From the sequence record OQ446694.1: a stretch of DNA of 64,000 nt. One strand, given 5' to 3'. Under the pieces are notes generated by a model. That model searched no databases. It saw only the letters and a list, made by a program, of their open reading frames with translations, and was not told where the DNA came from. The position numbers and the translations under genes are program-made. Positions 8,840 through 18,243 of the stretch are shown one piece after another; position 1 is the stretch's first letter, and every line of letters starts with the position of its first letter. The DNA comes from Escherichia phage Killian.

Positions 8840-9290
8840 AATCCACCACTATTAAATCAATATCAGGAGTAAACATGTCGATTAATTTAGAAACCTTATC
8901 CCAATCGCCGCCAGCAATACCGCAACCTATACGTGGAATGTAAATTACTGGTTTAAACAAAAGGGTTTCTGCCTGTAGATTTAATTCTATCATGCAGTTT
9001 ACTAAAGCACCATAATCAAGATTAGGACCCGGTTCGTATTGTGTATACAGGTTATAGCATATACTAAATCCCGTAGGACTATGTTTAAAAACAATAGACA
9101 TATCGCCTAATTTATCACGAGAACCGTACTCGGTAGTGGTTTTATCTATTTCTAAAATTTTGGGATAGGCTCTTGCTAATTGACCCGCTACGCCAGAGCC
9201 CATTGTGTGGAAGCAATTGCACCCGTGCGCAATAATATTACCTTGAAGAAATAGGGCGACAATATCGCCCTTGATATATTTTACAATCAT
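8811..9290 (-). CDS. Macro-domain-like protein (putative ADP-ribose binding/processing)
   Basis: Glycine-rich motifs IAHGCNCFHTMGSGVAGQLARAY and IPRIGCGIAGGDWDKV resemble macro-domain phosphate-binding loops; inference from motif resemblance only. Confidence 0.45.
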   Translation of the reverse strand: MIVKYIKGDIVALFLQGNIIAHGCNCFHTMGSGVAGQLARAYPKILEIDKTTTEYGSRDKLGDMSIVFKHSPTGFSICYNLYTQYEPGPNLDYGALVNCMIELNLQAETLLFKPVIYIPRIGCGIAGGDWDKVSKLIDMFTPDIDLIVVDYESTLPASV

Positions 9291-9634
9291 CTAGTACTCA
9301 ATCCTCGATTATAAGAATCTACTAAACGGTCAACCATTGAATGACAAGCGGCTTTATCTTTCTCCTCCGCAACTGAACATTCTAAGGTATTCCACTTTTT
9401 AGCATATCGTTTTAACAATGTATCATTTTTGTATCTGCTTGATTTATCTCTTTCTCCGTCTTTATATGCATATATTAATTTCTGCGCAAATTCAGCTTGG
9501 CATGCTTTATTTTTCCCACAATAATCCGCGGCAGTACGGTTTACATACTCTCTAATTTCAGTATATGATGTATCTGCTAACGCAGAAGCAGAAAATGAAA
9601 TTAATCCTATACATAAAACCAAAATTTTAGTCAT
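9287..9634 (-). CDS. Secreted/periplasmic small protein (115 aa) at the position of T4 vs
   Basis: N-terminal signal peptide MTKILVLCIGLISFSASALA; 4 Cys in mature part. Confidence 0.5.
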   Translation of the reverse strand: MTKILVLCIGLISFSASALADTSYTEIREYVNRTAADYCGKNKACQAEFAQKLIYAYKDGERDKSSRYKNDTLLKRYAKKWNTLECSVAEEKDKAACHSMVDRLVDSYNRGLSTR

Positions 9635-10172
9635 TTACTATTTCCAAAAGTTTATTATTTTTAAGGTAATTAGCCTTTTCTAGGACTTCAGAAGCATATT
9701 TAGAACCTGCTTTAACATTCCATCCCGAATTATAAGAGGATATTGCTTTTCTTATATCGCCCTTATGTATATTTAACCAATAAGAAAGTTCAATGTACGC
9801 CCAGGAAGCTGAATTGGACCGTTTATTCAACATTCTTTTTATTTCAGCATCGGTCATATTATAACCAAGTTCCTTAACTCTCGCTCGCATAGTAGGCAAA
9901 TAATTTTGGAACATTCCATAGGCATGATGCTTTGGTTTAGATTTTAAATTAACTCCGGCAGAGCTTTCTTGCCACAAAATAGCAGCCATTATATGACCTA
10001 ATCCGCTCTTGTGGATATTTTTGTGTGTTTTATATTTTCCATCCTTAGAAAATTGTTCCCCGAATTGATATGCGTAACGCATGTTATCGAGTTGGACATT
10101 ACTGAAAGTATGCTCGGAGCTATGCGCCATCATTGAAATGGCCAATAGACCAGCGAGTAGTGCTTTTCTCAT
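9627..10172 (-). CDS. Secreted lytic-transglycosylase-like protein (vs.1 position)
   Basis: Signal peptide MRKALLAGLLAISMMAHS; LGHIMAAILWQESSAG resembles SLT-domain catalytic Glu region. Confidence 0.55.
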   Translation of the reverse strand: MRKALLAGLLAISMMAHSSEHTFSNVQLDNMRYAYQFGEQFSKDGKYKTHKNIHKSGLGHIMAAILWQESSAGVNLKSKPKHHAYGMFQNYLPTMRARVKELGYNMTDAEIKRMLNKRSNSASWAYIELSYWLNIHKGDIRKAISSYNSGWNVKAGSKYASEVLEKANYLKNNKLLEIVND

Positions 10173-10179
10173 GCTTACC

Positions 10180-10641
10180 TCATTGAGTTTTAATTACTGC
10201 TTTAGAAGCCTTTCCTGGTAAACGACGACTGTTAATAATTGCCATCCTACATTGAAGTGACGGGTCTTTGAACTTCGCATTAGGTTTACAAACTGTAAAT
10301 CCAAGCCAAAGATTTCCATCTGTGATTTCTAAACGTCCAGGACGGTATTCAACCCCATCAATAAAATCCTCATCAATGTCAGGCCGCGGAGGCATACTCA
10401 GGAATTCATTAACTTCTAAAACATGGTCTTTTATTTTGTGGAATAATTCAAAAACATATGTCTCATCAATCTCCCGCTGAATTGCACGATCAAGAAGATG
10501 CTGAGAATATTTTAGATGAAACGATGAGACTCCTGCTGCTTTTGATGCCTCACGAATCTCATTGTTAATTTGACGAAACTCCGACTCAAAATGACGACGG
10601 AGTTTATTTCGACGGATAAAAACTTCTGTGTTGATAGTCAT
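10180..10641 (-). CDS. regB: RegB site-specific endoribonuclease
   Basis: 153 aa, MTINTEVFIRRNKLRRHFESEFRQINNEIREASKAAG... matches T4 RegB. Confidence 0.88.
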   Translation of the reverse strand: MTINTEVFIRRNKLRRHFESEFRQINNEIREASKAAGVSSFHLKYSQHLLDRAIQREIDETYVFELFHKIKDHVLEVNEFLSMPPRPDIDEDFIDGVEYRPGRLEITDGNLWLGFTVCKPNAKFKDPSLQCRMAIINSRRLPGKASKAVIKTQ

Positions 10642-10668
10642 GTTATTCTCCTCTTAACTGATAGAAAA

Positions 10669-10697
10669 ATTATACCACAGTCAAGAGGAAAAGTAAA
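10669..10697 (-). promoter_or_regulatory. Sigma70-type early promoter for regB (TTTACT-N17-TGGTATAAT)
   Basis: Perfect extended -10 TGGTATAAT on minus strand. Confidence 0.7.
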
Positions 10698-10700
10698 CAG

Positions 10701-11021
10701 TTATTCTTTAAATCTAATCAATTTATTCATAGACTTTGAAACTTCTGCACGAACCTCATGTAAATTTTTGAGTTGCTCAAGACGCTGCGCATAGTAAGCA
10801 ATTTCATCTTCTTCGAGACAGTCCTGTGAATCTTCTTTAAGATAACGCGCATAGTCCTGGAAAGCGTTACGGACTACTTCCTGGAAGTCATCAAGACTTT
10901 GAATTTTCTTAGGAGCAACAGATACACGACGAGGGGCAGTATAATACTCATAACCAAACCCTGCGCTTAATTGAGCCATTAATATTTTTCCTCTGGTTGG
11001 AACACAGCACGACAAGCCCAC
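10701..11021 (-). CDS. Hypothetical protein (106 aa)
   Basis: ORF track. Confidence 0.5.
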   Translation of the reverse strand: MGLSCCVPTRGKILMAQLSAGFGYEYYTAPRRVSVAPKKIQSLDDFQEVVRNAFQDYARYLKEDSQDCLEEDEIAYYAQRLEQLKNLHEVRAEVSKSMNKLIRFKE

Positions 11022-11245
11022 ATACTGGCTTCTTTGAGTTTCGTTTTAGCAATAGTTAACTGATCAAGACTTTCAGCATAATTCTTCGCGAATTCACAGT
11101 CTTCACAATTATCTAGCGCTTCCCAGAATTCATCATATAAAGCATCAAAGATAAGTCCTAAACGAACTTCAGCATCTTTGATAGCATTCACTTTACTGAT
11201 TTTATCGTCAGTATGTGGCTTATAACCTTTAATGTCTTCAATCAT
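10979..11245 (-). CDS. Hypothetical acidic protein (88 aa)
   Basis: ORF track. Confidence 0.5.
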   Translation of the reverse strand: MIEDIKGYKPHTDDKISKVNAIKDAEVRLGLIFDALYDEFWEALDNCEDCEFAKNYAESLDQLTIAKTKLKEASMWACRAVFQPEEKY

Positions 11246-11459
11246 ATTTTACTTCCTCACCTGTTCCCAAATCGTATTCAACTAAACGAATAGGTTCATG
11301 AATGCCATATCCTTGAACAGAAATTTCTGTCGTAGGATAAATTCCATTAATATCACCCATGTTCCACGCTTCATTAAATTGCTGTTCGCCTGAATTACTA
11401 AACCACTCGGCGAAAGCATTTAGCACATCTTCAGAACCTTCAATAATTATCTTTGCCAT
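11238..11459 (-). CDS. Hypothetical acidic protein (73 aa)
   Basis: ORF track. Confidence 0.5.
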   Translation of the reverse strand: MAKIIIEGSEDVLNAFAEWFSNSGEQQFNEAWNMGDINGIYPTTEISVQGYGIHEPIRLVEYDLGTGEEVKYD

Positions 11460-11833
11460 TACAAACTCTCAGTAAAGGTACGAGCAATAACGTCGCGTTG
11501 CTGCTCCGGAGTCAGAGAGTTAAAGCGAACTGCGTATCCGGATACACGGATGGTCAGCTGCGGATATTTTTCCGGATGCTTAACTGCATCTTCCAGAGTT
11601 TCGCGACGCAGAACGTTTACGTTCAGGTGTTGACCACCCTCGATTTTAACTGTAGGTTGTGTTTCAATTTCAATTTCACGGGCATGCAAACCATAGAAAA
11701 TTTCTGGGTCTACAAAAGAGTCCTCTTTAAAGGTTTTAGAGACAATAATTCGTGCTTGAATACCATCTTCAAAATAAATAGTACCTTTATGTGTGCCTTC
11801 AAGAATTTGATATGCTTTCATATACCCTCTCAA
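11459..11833 (-). CDS. Autonomous glycyl-radical cofactor (GrcA/YfiD-like)
   Basis: C-terminal half [59 protein letters not shown] carries the RVSGYAV glycyl-radical motif and is near-identical to E. coli GrcA as I recall it. Confidence 0.85.
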   Translation of the reverse strand: MRGYMKAYQILEGTHKGTIYFEDGIQARIIVSKTFKEDSFVDPEIFYGLHAREIEIETQPTVKIEGGQHLNVNVLRRETLEDAVKHPEKYPQLTIRVSGYAVRFNSLTPEQQRDVIARTFTESL

Positions 11834-12210
11834 TTAGAAAATAAATTTATCCAAGATTGCTCTTTAATTAAAAATGGCTCAGAATCATATGCCATCAAAC
11901 TTTGGGTGATTAGTCCTTTAAAAGGTCCATCAATAAATTCCATGGTAAAATATGGAATTTTATTCATTAATCTTGCATTAGGAGCAGTGCACAAAACTCT
12001 GCATCCTTTGAATACGCCTTTTTGTAATTTGTATTGCTTAGGATAAAATTCGCTCAAGACGTTGTTATTTGCCAAAATTTCAAAATGATTCACCAACTTA
12101 TTTTTAATAGTTTTTGGTGAAAAATAAAGATATTCGAAAAGCTGTGTGTCTGTCATCATTGCATTCCGATTACGAAAAACTGCGGACGAGTAATACCACC
12201 GATGCAGCAT
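11830..12210 (-). CDS. Hypothetical protein (126 aa)
   Basis: ORF track. Confidence 0.5.
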   Translation of the reverse strand: MLHRWYYSSAVFRNRNAMMTDTQLFEYLYFSPKTIKNKLVNHFEILANNNVLSEFYPKQYKLQKGVFKGCRVLCTAPNARLMNKIPYFTMEFIDGPFKGLITQSLMAYDSEPFLIKEQSWINLFSN

Positions 12211-12746
12211 TTACTATTGCAACAGTATTGTACAGTTTCAATATGAATATCGTAAATTTTATCCATATCAGGAGATTTAACAGGCTCATCGATTATATAC
12301 AGAATTCGAGAAAGCGTTAAACCTCTGAACTTGCTACCTCTATTACCAACAAAACTACGGACAGAATCAGTAAATAAACGGAATCGAATATCATCGCTAG
12401 AATAACGAGAAAATTCTTTTTTAATGTGGTCCGCAGAAATTTTAGCGTAAGATGAAGTATTAGAAAGAACAATAACTGTTCCACCGTCATACAACCAATT
12501 AGCAGCAAAGTTAGTCACAGCAATTGATTTACCGGATTGACGTCCACCATCTAGTCGAAGTGTGCAGTATTCTTTAAATAAATGTGGCGAATCAGGTACA
12601 TAAAATCCACTATTACAAATTTCTTCTACTCTAGCATCAGAATGGTGTGTAAAAGCATTCATCAGGGATAGATAAGGACCAGTTAAAAATGTTCTCATTT
12701 TGTTATCTCTAAATTTGGGCCATTCCATGGCGCATGAATTTTCCAT
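12156..12746 (-). CDS. Hypothetical protein with P-loop-like motif (start uncertain)
   Basis: GGRQSGKS Walker-A-like and YIIDEP Walker-B-like motifs; 5' end overlaps the extended denV ORF. Confidence 0.45.
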   Translation of the reverse strand: MENSCAMEWPKFRDNKMRTFLTGPYLSLMNAFTHHSDARVEEICNSGFYVPDSPHLFKEYCTLRLDGGRQSGKSIAVTNFAANWLYDGGTVIVLSNTSSYAKISADHIKKEFSRYSSDDIRFRLFTDSVRSFVGNRGSKFRGLTLSRILYIIDEPVKSPDMDKIYDIHIETVQYCCNSKCCIGGITRPQFFVIGMQ

Positions 12747-13260
12747 TTCTGTATTTACCCATTACCGCACTTGGGCTCGACCTTATTACAGGTTGGCGGG
12801 AATCCCTCATAGAATCATGAGGTCCAGCTTGTTCCCATGTTATTTGAATGTAAATATTTTTGCCGTAGTATTTATACCAGTGTGGCTTCATTAAAATTTT
12901 TTCATCGAGTCGTTGTTGACTCAACTTAATAGCTGATTTGCATGGGTTATAATCATTTTTCCATTCTGCTGGAATATCGCTGATGTCAGGAACTTCAGTA
13001 TCTTTTATACTAAACCCACGTTTTAAGCATTCCATTATAATGTCTGATTGACGCTTTCGCAAAAATTCTAACTTATCGTAAAAGAACGTGACATGACCAG
13101 AACCTAAAATAAACTCGGAAGATATTTTAAAATCTTTAACCCGTTTACCATTTGCCACGTGTTTACGAACTATACCAAAAACACGTGGCAATTCACGGTA
13201 TTCTGCAATTAAATGTTGGTCAGCAAGTTCAGATACTAAAGTCAAATTAATACGAGTCAT
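12709..13260 (-). CDS. denV: Endonuclease V (pyrimidine-dimer DNA glycosylase/AP lyase) with C-terminal extension
   Basis: [29 protein letters not shown]... matches T4 DenV N-terminus (catalytic Thr2 amine, Glu23); ORF runs to 183 aa versus 138 in T4 as recalled. Confidence 0.85.
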   Translation of the reverse strand: MTRINLTLVSELADQHLIAEYRELPRVFGIVRKHVANGKRVKDFKISSEFILGSGHVTFFYDKLEFLRKRQSDIIMECLKRGFSIKDTEVPDISDIPAEWKNDYNPCKSAIKLSQQRLDEKILMKPHWYKYYGKNIYIQITWEQAGPHDSMRDSRQPVIRSSPSAVMGKYRNGKFMRHGMAQI

Positions 13261-13317
13261 TTTATCTCTCCAAGTAACTGTGAATATACTATCACAATTC
13301 TAGGAGAAAATAAACTG

Positions 13318-13620
13318 TTATTTACCTTTAATTACTTTAGCTGCTTCGATAGCCGCTTGCTGAAGGTCATCCATAGACATACCGAATTTAGAAGCAAAGT
13401 TATCAATTTTCTTTTCGACAGCATTCAAAGGCTTGGCCTGTTTACCTTCATTAGCGCCAGGAAGAGCGAGAATACGCTCTTTGTCAATATAAAGGCTTAC
13501 AAGTTTCTTACGGTCTTTATCGGACAAATCGTGAAATGAATGGGCCTTTTTATTTATAGCGGCTTCTAATTTACCTGCACTCACTCGCGCTTCAGTAATA
13601 AATTCTTGATATGTTTTCAT
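13318..13620 (-). CDS. ipII: Internal protein II (capsid-packaged, CTS-bearing)
   Basis: 100 aa; N-terminal capsid-targeting sequence MKTYQEFITE (gp21 cleavage after I-T-E); position between denV and e. Confidence 0.75.
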   Translation of the reverse strand: MKTYQEFITEARVSAGKLEAAINKKAHSFHDLSDKDRKKLVSLYIDKERILALPGANEGKQAKPLNAVEKKIDNFASKFGMSMDDLQQAAIEAAKVIKGK

Positions 13621-13691
13621 ATGTTTCCTTTAAATATTTTAATTAGTAATTGTGAATATATTATCGCAGTTTTAGGAGAAAATAAACAACT

Positions 13692-14222
<531 letters not shown>

Positions 14223-14678
14223 TTAAAAGAGGTTGTTCATTATTCTGTAAAGTGAAGGACCCATCACATATTGCCACTGAGTACGAGGAATAAGAGCAAA
14301 AGCATCCATCTCTGGAATCATAACGCCATCTTTATTTTCAAAATAAGACTCGCAATGGCAATTTCTAAACATCTCATGCTCTACTGGAATCGTATAATAA
14401 AATAACTGTAAGTCTTTATTACTAGAATATTTAAATACACCTAAGTCTTCTAGAAGGTCTGGATTATAATTGCTAAAGCCAGTCTCTTCTAAGCATTCTC
14501 TTCGTGCTGCATCTAGTGCGCTTAAATCAGAACTTTCTACACGCCCCTTTGGAATATCCCAGCGATGTGCCATCATTCCAGGCTTACGAGAACCAGTAAC
14601 CCGTCCCATGAATAAATCTTTATCTTCTGTCATAAAGATAATACCAGCTGATAGTGTTTTCATTTTAATTTCCTGCAT
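14223..14678 (-). CDS. nudE: Nudix hydrolase NudE
   Basis: 151 aa; Nudix box GRVESSDLSALDAARRECLEETGF. Confidence 0.85.
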   Translation of the reverse strand: MQEIKMKTLSAGIIFMTEDKDLFMGRVTGSRKPGMMAHRWDIPKGRVESSDLSALDAARRECLEETGFSNYNPDLLEDLGVFKYSSNKDLQLFYYTIPVEHEMFRNCHCESYFENKDGVMIPEMDAFALIPRTQWQYVMGPSLYRIMNNLF

Positions 14679-15148
14679 TCAGTGATAAAGTTATTTAAAT
14701 TTTGAGTATATTTCTTTTCATCAAAAATCTTTTGTTGTCTGCGCATCCGCCATGGCATTTCAATGAACATGTACCATATTCCTGATAATATTGATGCTGT
14801 AAAAATATTAACAAGTATGGTTAAAAGAATCCAATCTCCTATTCTGTCCATTGGATTTTTTATAAAAAAGTAAAATACGAATGATGACACAGGAAGACTA
14901 ATGATATACCACAGAATCATAATCTTATCTGTGAACCATTCAGCATTCGTTAACTTAGCACGACCATTATGAATACACACGAATTTATCATCTGTTACAG
15001 TAGATGGCTTAACTGCTTGATATCCCATTCTAAACTCCCTAATTAATCGTTTCTTTGTATCTTCAGAACAGCCGCTCCAGTCAACTCTATCAACTGAAAT
15101 GCCATCGTCCCCATCATCTAAATCATACCAGTGAGTTTTTAAAATCAT
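14660..15148 (-). CDS. Membrane protein (e.2 position), C-terminal FITECRKLK tail
   Basis: Two hydrophobic helices; C-terminal motif shared with the next three genes. Confidence 0.55.
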   Translation of the reverse strand: MILKTHWYDLDDGDDGISVDRVDWSGCSEDTKKRLIREFRMGYQAVKPSTVTDDKFVCIHNGRAKLTNAEWFTDKIMILWYIISLPVSSFVFYFFIKNPMDRIGDWILLTILVNIFTASILSGIWYMFIEMPWRMRRQQKIFDEKKYTQNLNNFITECRKLK

Positions 15149-15519
15149 TTAATTTTCCTACAATCACTCACAAACTCTTCCATTGATTCTTTTTCAATAT
15201 AAGACATATAGCTATTATATTCCTTTAATTGTATTTTGTAATCCTTTTTTCTTTGCCAATTTATTTTAAAATTATCATAATGAAAATATAACATGGTACC
15301 AAAGAATGAAAATAATGAAATTGCTATAGTATAATGAAGTTCACTCCAAACTTCTATTATATCTACTATACCGCTGACGTTACTGCGGATGTTTAAAATA
15401 AAACAGTCAATTAACAATCCAATAAAACTACCCGCAAGAGCTGCAGCCAATGCCACAGCAAAAATTGAAAATGACTCAGAAAAAGAATATTTGACTTTAT
15501 TTAGTTTTGGCTTTTGCAT
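15145..15519 (-). CDS. Membrane protein (e.3 position), C-terminal FVSDCRKIK tail
   Basis: Two TM helices; shared C-terminal motif. Confidence 0.55.
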   Translation of the reverse strand: MQKPKLNKVKYSFSESFSIFAVALAAALAGSFIGLLIDCFILNIRSNVSGIVDIIEVWSELHYTIAISLFSFFGTMLYFHYDNFKINWQRKKDYKIQLKEYNSYMSYIEKESMEEFVSDCRKIK

Positions 15520-15893
15520 CGTGATTCCTTAACAAATTTCATAATTTCATCAAATTCATACATATCTAGCTTAAGCTGGTGTTCCTTTTTAATCTTTTTA
15601 CACTGAGCTTTCCAATCACGTACACGTTTACGATAATGTCTTCCTTGATACCAGTATCCTACCCAATTTACAGGTACTAATAAAAGCGGAACTACCAATG
15701 GAAGAATTAGTGTTGCTCCAAATATTACACCAGATTCAATATCAGTCATAACGTCTATAACCATTCCAGCAATCACCAAAATCACAAATGATACAGCTAC
15801 CACAGGACCTATTAACACATCAGTAGAAATTAGCTGACGCTTTGGTTCATACTTCACGGGTTTACTTGGAAGGTATAGTGATGGCTTTGACAT
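15501..15893 (-). CDS. Membrane protein (e.4 position), C-terminal FVKESRCK tail
   Basis: Two TM helices; start uncertain (overlaps 3' end of upstream gene). Confidence 0.5.
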   Translation of the reverse strand: MSKPSLYLPSKPVKYEPKRQLISTDVLIGPVVAVSFVILVIAGMVIDVMTDIESGVIFGATLILPLVVPLLLVPVNWVGYWYQGRHYRKRVRDWKAQCKKIKKEHQLKLDMYEFDEIMKFVKESRCKSQN

Positions 15894-16476
15894 ATTCTCT
15901 ACATTCCTTAACAAATTTTTCTAATAATAAATCGCTTTCAAAATTGGGATTTTCTACGAATTTATCAAAAAGATCATCAACAATAGTTAAGATATTCTTT
16001 TTACTAAGAATACGCTTATTTTCATATTTTGTTTCAGAGTCAACTATAAGAGTAAAGAAATATTTCTTTCCCTGAAATTTTACCGTAGTATCAATATAAA
16101 ATAAATTTGATTTTTGTAAATTACGTTTAAACCATGCATCACTTAAACTATAAACGCCAAGATAATCATAATCGTCGTTTAAATAACAAACCGTCCATTC
16201 AGGAGAAATGAAATCAGTAAATTCAACATCAAAATCACACGTCAATGAATGAATTGATTCAATACTGTTAATGAGTATTCCAGGACGTATTAAAGACTTT
16301 TTACCTCTATAAAATCTTCCAGAAAGACTTTCATCAGTTTCATATGAAGACCCCCAATAGTAATTACGTCCTTCTGCCATGCGTTTAAGAGCATTTAGTA
16401 ATTGGTCTGGAACATCAACCTGTCTTTGGAACTCTTCAAACATTGAATTGAAATCACTTTGCATTTTCATTTTCAT
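15862..16476 (-). CDS. Hypothetical protein (204 aa, e.5 position), C-terminal FVKECREYVK motif
   Basis: ORF track; shares the F-V-K-E-C-R motif near the C-terminus. Confidence 0.55.
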   Translation of the reverse strand: MKMKMQSDFNSMFEEFQRQVDVPDQLLNALKRMAEGRNYYWGSSYETDESLSGRFYRGKKSLIRPGILINSIESIHSLTCDFDVEFTDFISPEWTVCYLNDDYDYLGVYSLSDAWFKRNLQKSNLFYIDTTVKFQGKKYFFTLIVDSETKYENKRILSKKNILTIVDDLFDKFVENPNFESDLLLEKFVKECREYVKAITIPSK

Positions 16477-16495
16477 TCCTATTTACTCCAAGTAT

Positions 16496-16513
16496 AAGGG
16501 GCCGAAGCCCCTT
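16496..16513 (-). terminator. UUCG-tetraloop hairpin (AGGGGC-UUCG-GCCCCU); RNA stabiliser or weak terminator
   Basis: Identical hairpin sequence recurs at 58245..58262; no strong U-run. Confidence 0.5.
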
Positions 16514-16517
16514 ATCA

Positions 16518-17111
16518 TTATTTCAGAGAATTAATGTATTCCTGAACATCGGCAGAGGTAGTTTCAACCCCAGAAATATTACCATTAAAGGTTTCAACTC
16601 GAGCAAGGGTATCTTCAATATCAACCTTAGTCAGTGCTGCAATTTCAACTACATCATCGGCAGTACTAATTCCAAGGGCATTTGCCGCACGAGTTTCACG
16701 GATATATTCCAATTTAACTGCAAGCTCTTGACGAGCATCATCTAACTCAACTACTTTCTTGGCGATTTCAATTCGCATTTCAGCATAACCGTCAGCCTTA
16801 GTAGTCAACTGCTCAGCTGTTCGACGATATAGTAAACCGAGTTTAGCATGCATTGTTACATCTTGACCTTCGGAAAGAAGTTTACGAATTTCACGCTCTT
16901 TTGATTCAGCCTGTCGATTCTTTTCGACAATAAGTTCACGAATACGTTTTTCTTCATTAATAGATTTAACAGAAGCAGTTTTTAGATCTTTAATTTTATC
17001 AAGCAGTTTTGCTGCTGCAGCAGTATACTGTTCTTCAACAGATAGATTTTTAGCCATAGCAGAACCAAGTTTAGTGCGAATAAACTCAACAATTTTCTTT
17101 AGTGTGTTCAT
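16518..17111 (-). CDS. Coiled-coil protein (197 aa, e.6 position), PspA/IM30-like features
   Basis: Heptad-rich charged sequence; weak resemblance to PspA family, inference only. Confidence 0.5.
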   Translation of the reverse strand: MNTLKKIVEFIRTKLGSAMAKNLSVEEQYTAAAAKLLDKIKDLKTASVKSINEEKRIRELIVEKNRQAESKEREIRKLLSEGQDVTMHAKLGLLYRRTAEQLTTKADGYAEMRIEIAKKVVELDDARQELAVKLEYIRETRAANALGISTADDVVEIAALTKVDIEDTLARVETFNGNISGVETTSADVQEYINSLK

Positions 17112-17153
17112 AGTATTTCCTTAAGTTGATTAAAAATAAAATCTGTGAAAGAA

Positions 17154-17684
17154 TTATATCATACTATTTAAGAGATGTAAACTATTTTTAATTTTACAAA
17201 TTCGTTCAGCTTCTTCAACAGCGGCGGCGATAATGCTTTTAGCTATAGGAGTATTAATACTAGTAGCTTTTACACTTAACACGATTTCTTTATCTTTACT
17301 AGGCCAACCCCACGATTTTTCACCATGAGTGCCTTTAATTACAGCAGACACCTCAAGTGAGCATCCATTATCACATGTTTTTACATTAACAACCCAAGGG
17401 TCACTTTTCTCAACCGGTTTATCAATCGGTTTATCCCAGTAAATATTAAGAATACGTGGGACATCAAATTTAGCAGGGCAAATCTTAACCGTAAGACCTT
17501 CGCTTTCTAGCCAATTAATAAGAGGGCGTTCATACATGCGGCGATGTGGGCTTCGGACTCGACAAGCCTTGTGCCCATTGCTTGCGGCTTCACTAAGCTG
17601 TTCTAATACCTGCTTTTGCATTATTGATAAGATACCATCAAAAGATTTTTCGGAAGTTTCATTCAGTTCTGTATAAAGAGACAT
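17154..17684 (-). CDS. Hypothetical protein (176 aa, e.7 position)
   Basis: ORF track; GAGGAAA SD. Confidence 0.55.
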   Translation of the reverse strand: MSLYTELNETSEKSFDGILSIMQKQVLEQLSEAASNGHKACRVRSPHRRMYERPLINWLESEGLTVKICPAKFDVPRILNIYWDKPIDKPVEKSDPWVVNVKTCDNGCSLEVSAVIKGTHGEKSWGWPSKDKEIVLSVKATSINTPIAKSIIAAAVEEAERICKIKNSLHLLNSMI

Positions 17685-17739
17685 AACGGTTTCCTCAAGT
17701 TACAGGCTCATAATATCTCAATCATGAGCCTGTGTAAAC

Positions 17740-18003
17740 TTATTTCATATTATTAAAATATTCTTCTGCGATTTCGTCGTTATCATGGTAAACTTTAGAA
17801 GACAGTTTAACATAACCTTCAGCAGTGAACATGTTAATCACAACATTTACAGTATACCACTGACCATCTTCATTACCCATTACTGCGTAAGTTTCAAACA
17901 TCGGATGATCAGGACCGATAACTTTAATATCATTCACTGTACGACCGAAATCTTCTGAAACGCATTTCATAAAGAAGTTGAACAGTTCGCCGTAATTATC
18001 CAT
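17740..18003 (-). CDS. Small hypothetical protein (87 aa, e.8 position)
   Basis: Track ORF starts inside the promoter cassette (MVLYNYQL artefact); true start ATG 18003 with GGAGAA SD. Confidence 0.5.
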   Translation of the reverse strand: MDNYGELFNFFMKCVSEDFGRTVNDIKVIGPDHPMFETYAVMGNEDGQWYTVNVVINMFTAEGYVKLSSKVYHDNDEIAEEYFNNMK

Positions 18004-18047
18004 TTCATTCTCCAAGTTGTTTTTCTGTATCAGTAGTTGATAGTTGT

Positions 18048-18076
18048 ATAGTACCATGGAAGAACAGGGATGTAAA
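18048..18076 (-). promoter_or_regulatory. Sigma70-type phage early promoter cassette
   Basis: Minus strand GTTTACA-N17-TGGTACTAT. Confidence 0.7.
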
Positions 18077-18208
18077 CAGTTTTGTGAAAAATTTTTTAAA
18101 AAGTTTTAGGGAATTCTAGGGAAGGGAGGGGCAATTAAAGGATAGGATAATATATTATAAAGGGTAGAAACTAAATGATGCTTAGAGAGGTCCAGAAAGG
18201 CCTAGATA

Positions 18209-18235
18209 CCAAAAAGCCCTATCATTTAGATAGGG
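18209..18235 (-). terminator. Rho-independent terminator (CCCUAUC-loop-GAUAGGG plus U5)
   Basis: 7-bp stem and T-run on minus strand just 3' of the 18244..18807 gene. Confidence 0.7.
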
Positions 18236-18243
18236 ATTTAAAA

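Noticed and set aside
11453-12046. 197-aa plus-strand ORF, and many shorter plus-strand ORFs (e.g. 954..1142, 1962..2201, 3344..3547, 6295..6510, 8663..8872, 10570..10794) across the left 26 kb
   Set aside because: They lie antisense to well-supported minus-strand genes with recognisable products (GrcA-like, ATPase, RegB and others), lack SD sequences and promoters, and have low-complexity or hydrophobic translations typical of antisense frames in AT-rich DNA.
17740-18057. N-terminal extension MVLYNYQL on two track ORFs (2692..2886 and 17740..18057), which looks like a conserved protein motif
   Set aside because: The shared residues are the translation of the conserved early-promoter cassette (ATGGTACTATACAACTATCAAC), not coding sequence; the real starts are internal ATGs with SD sequences.
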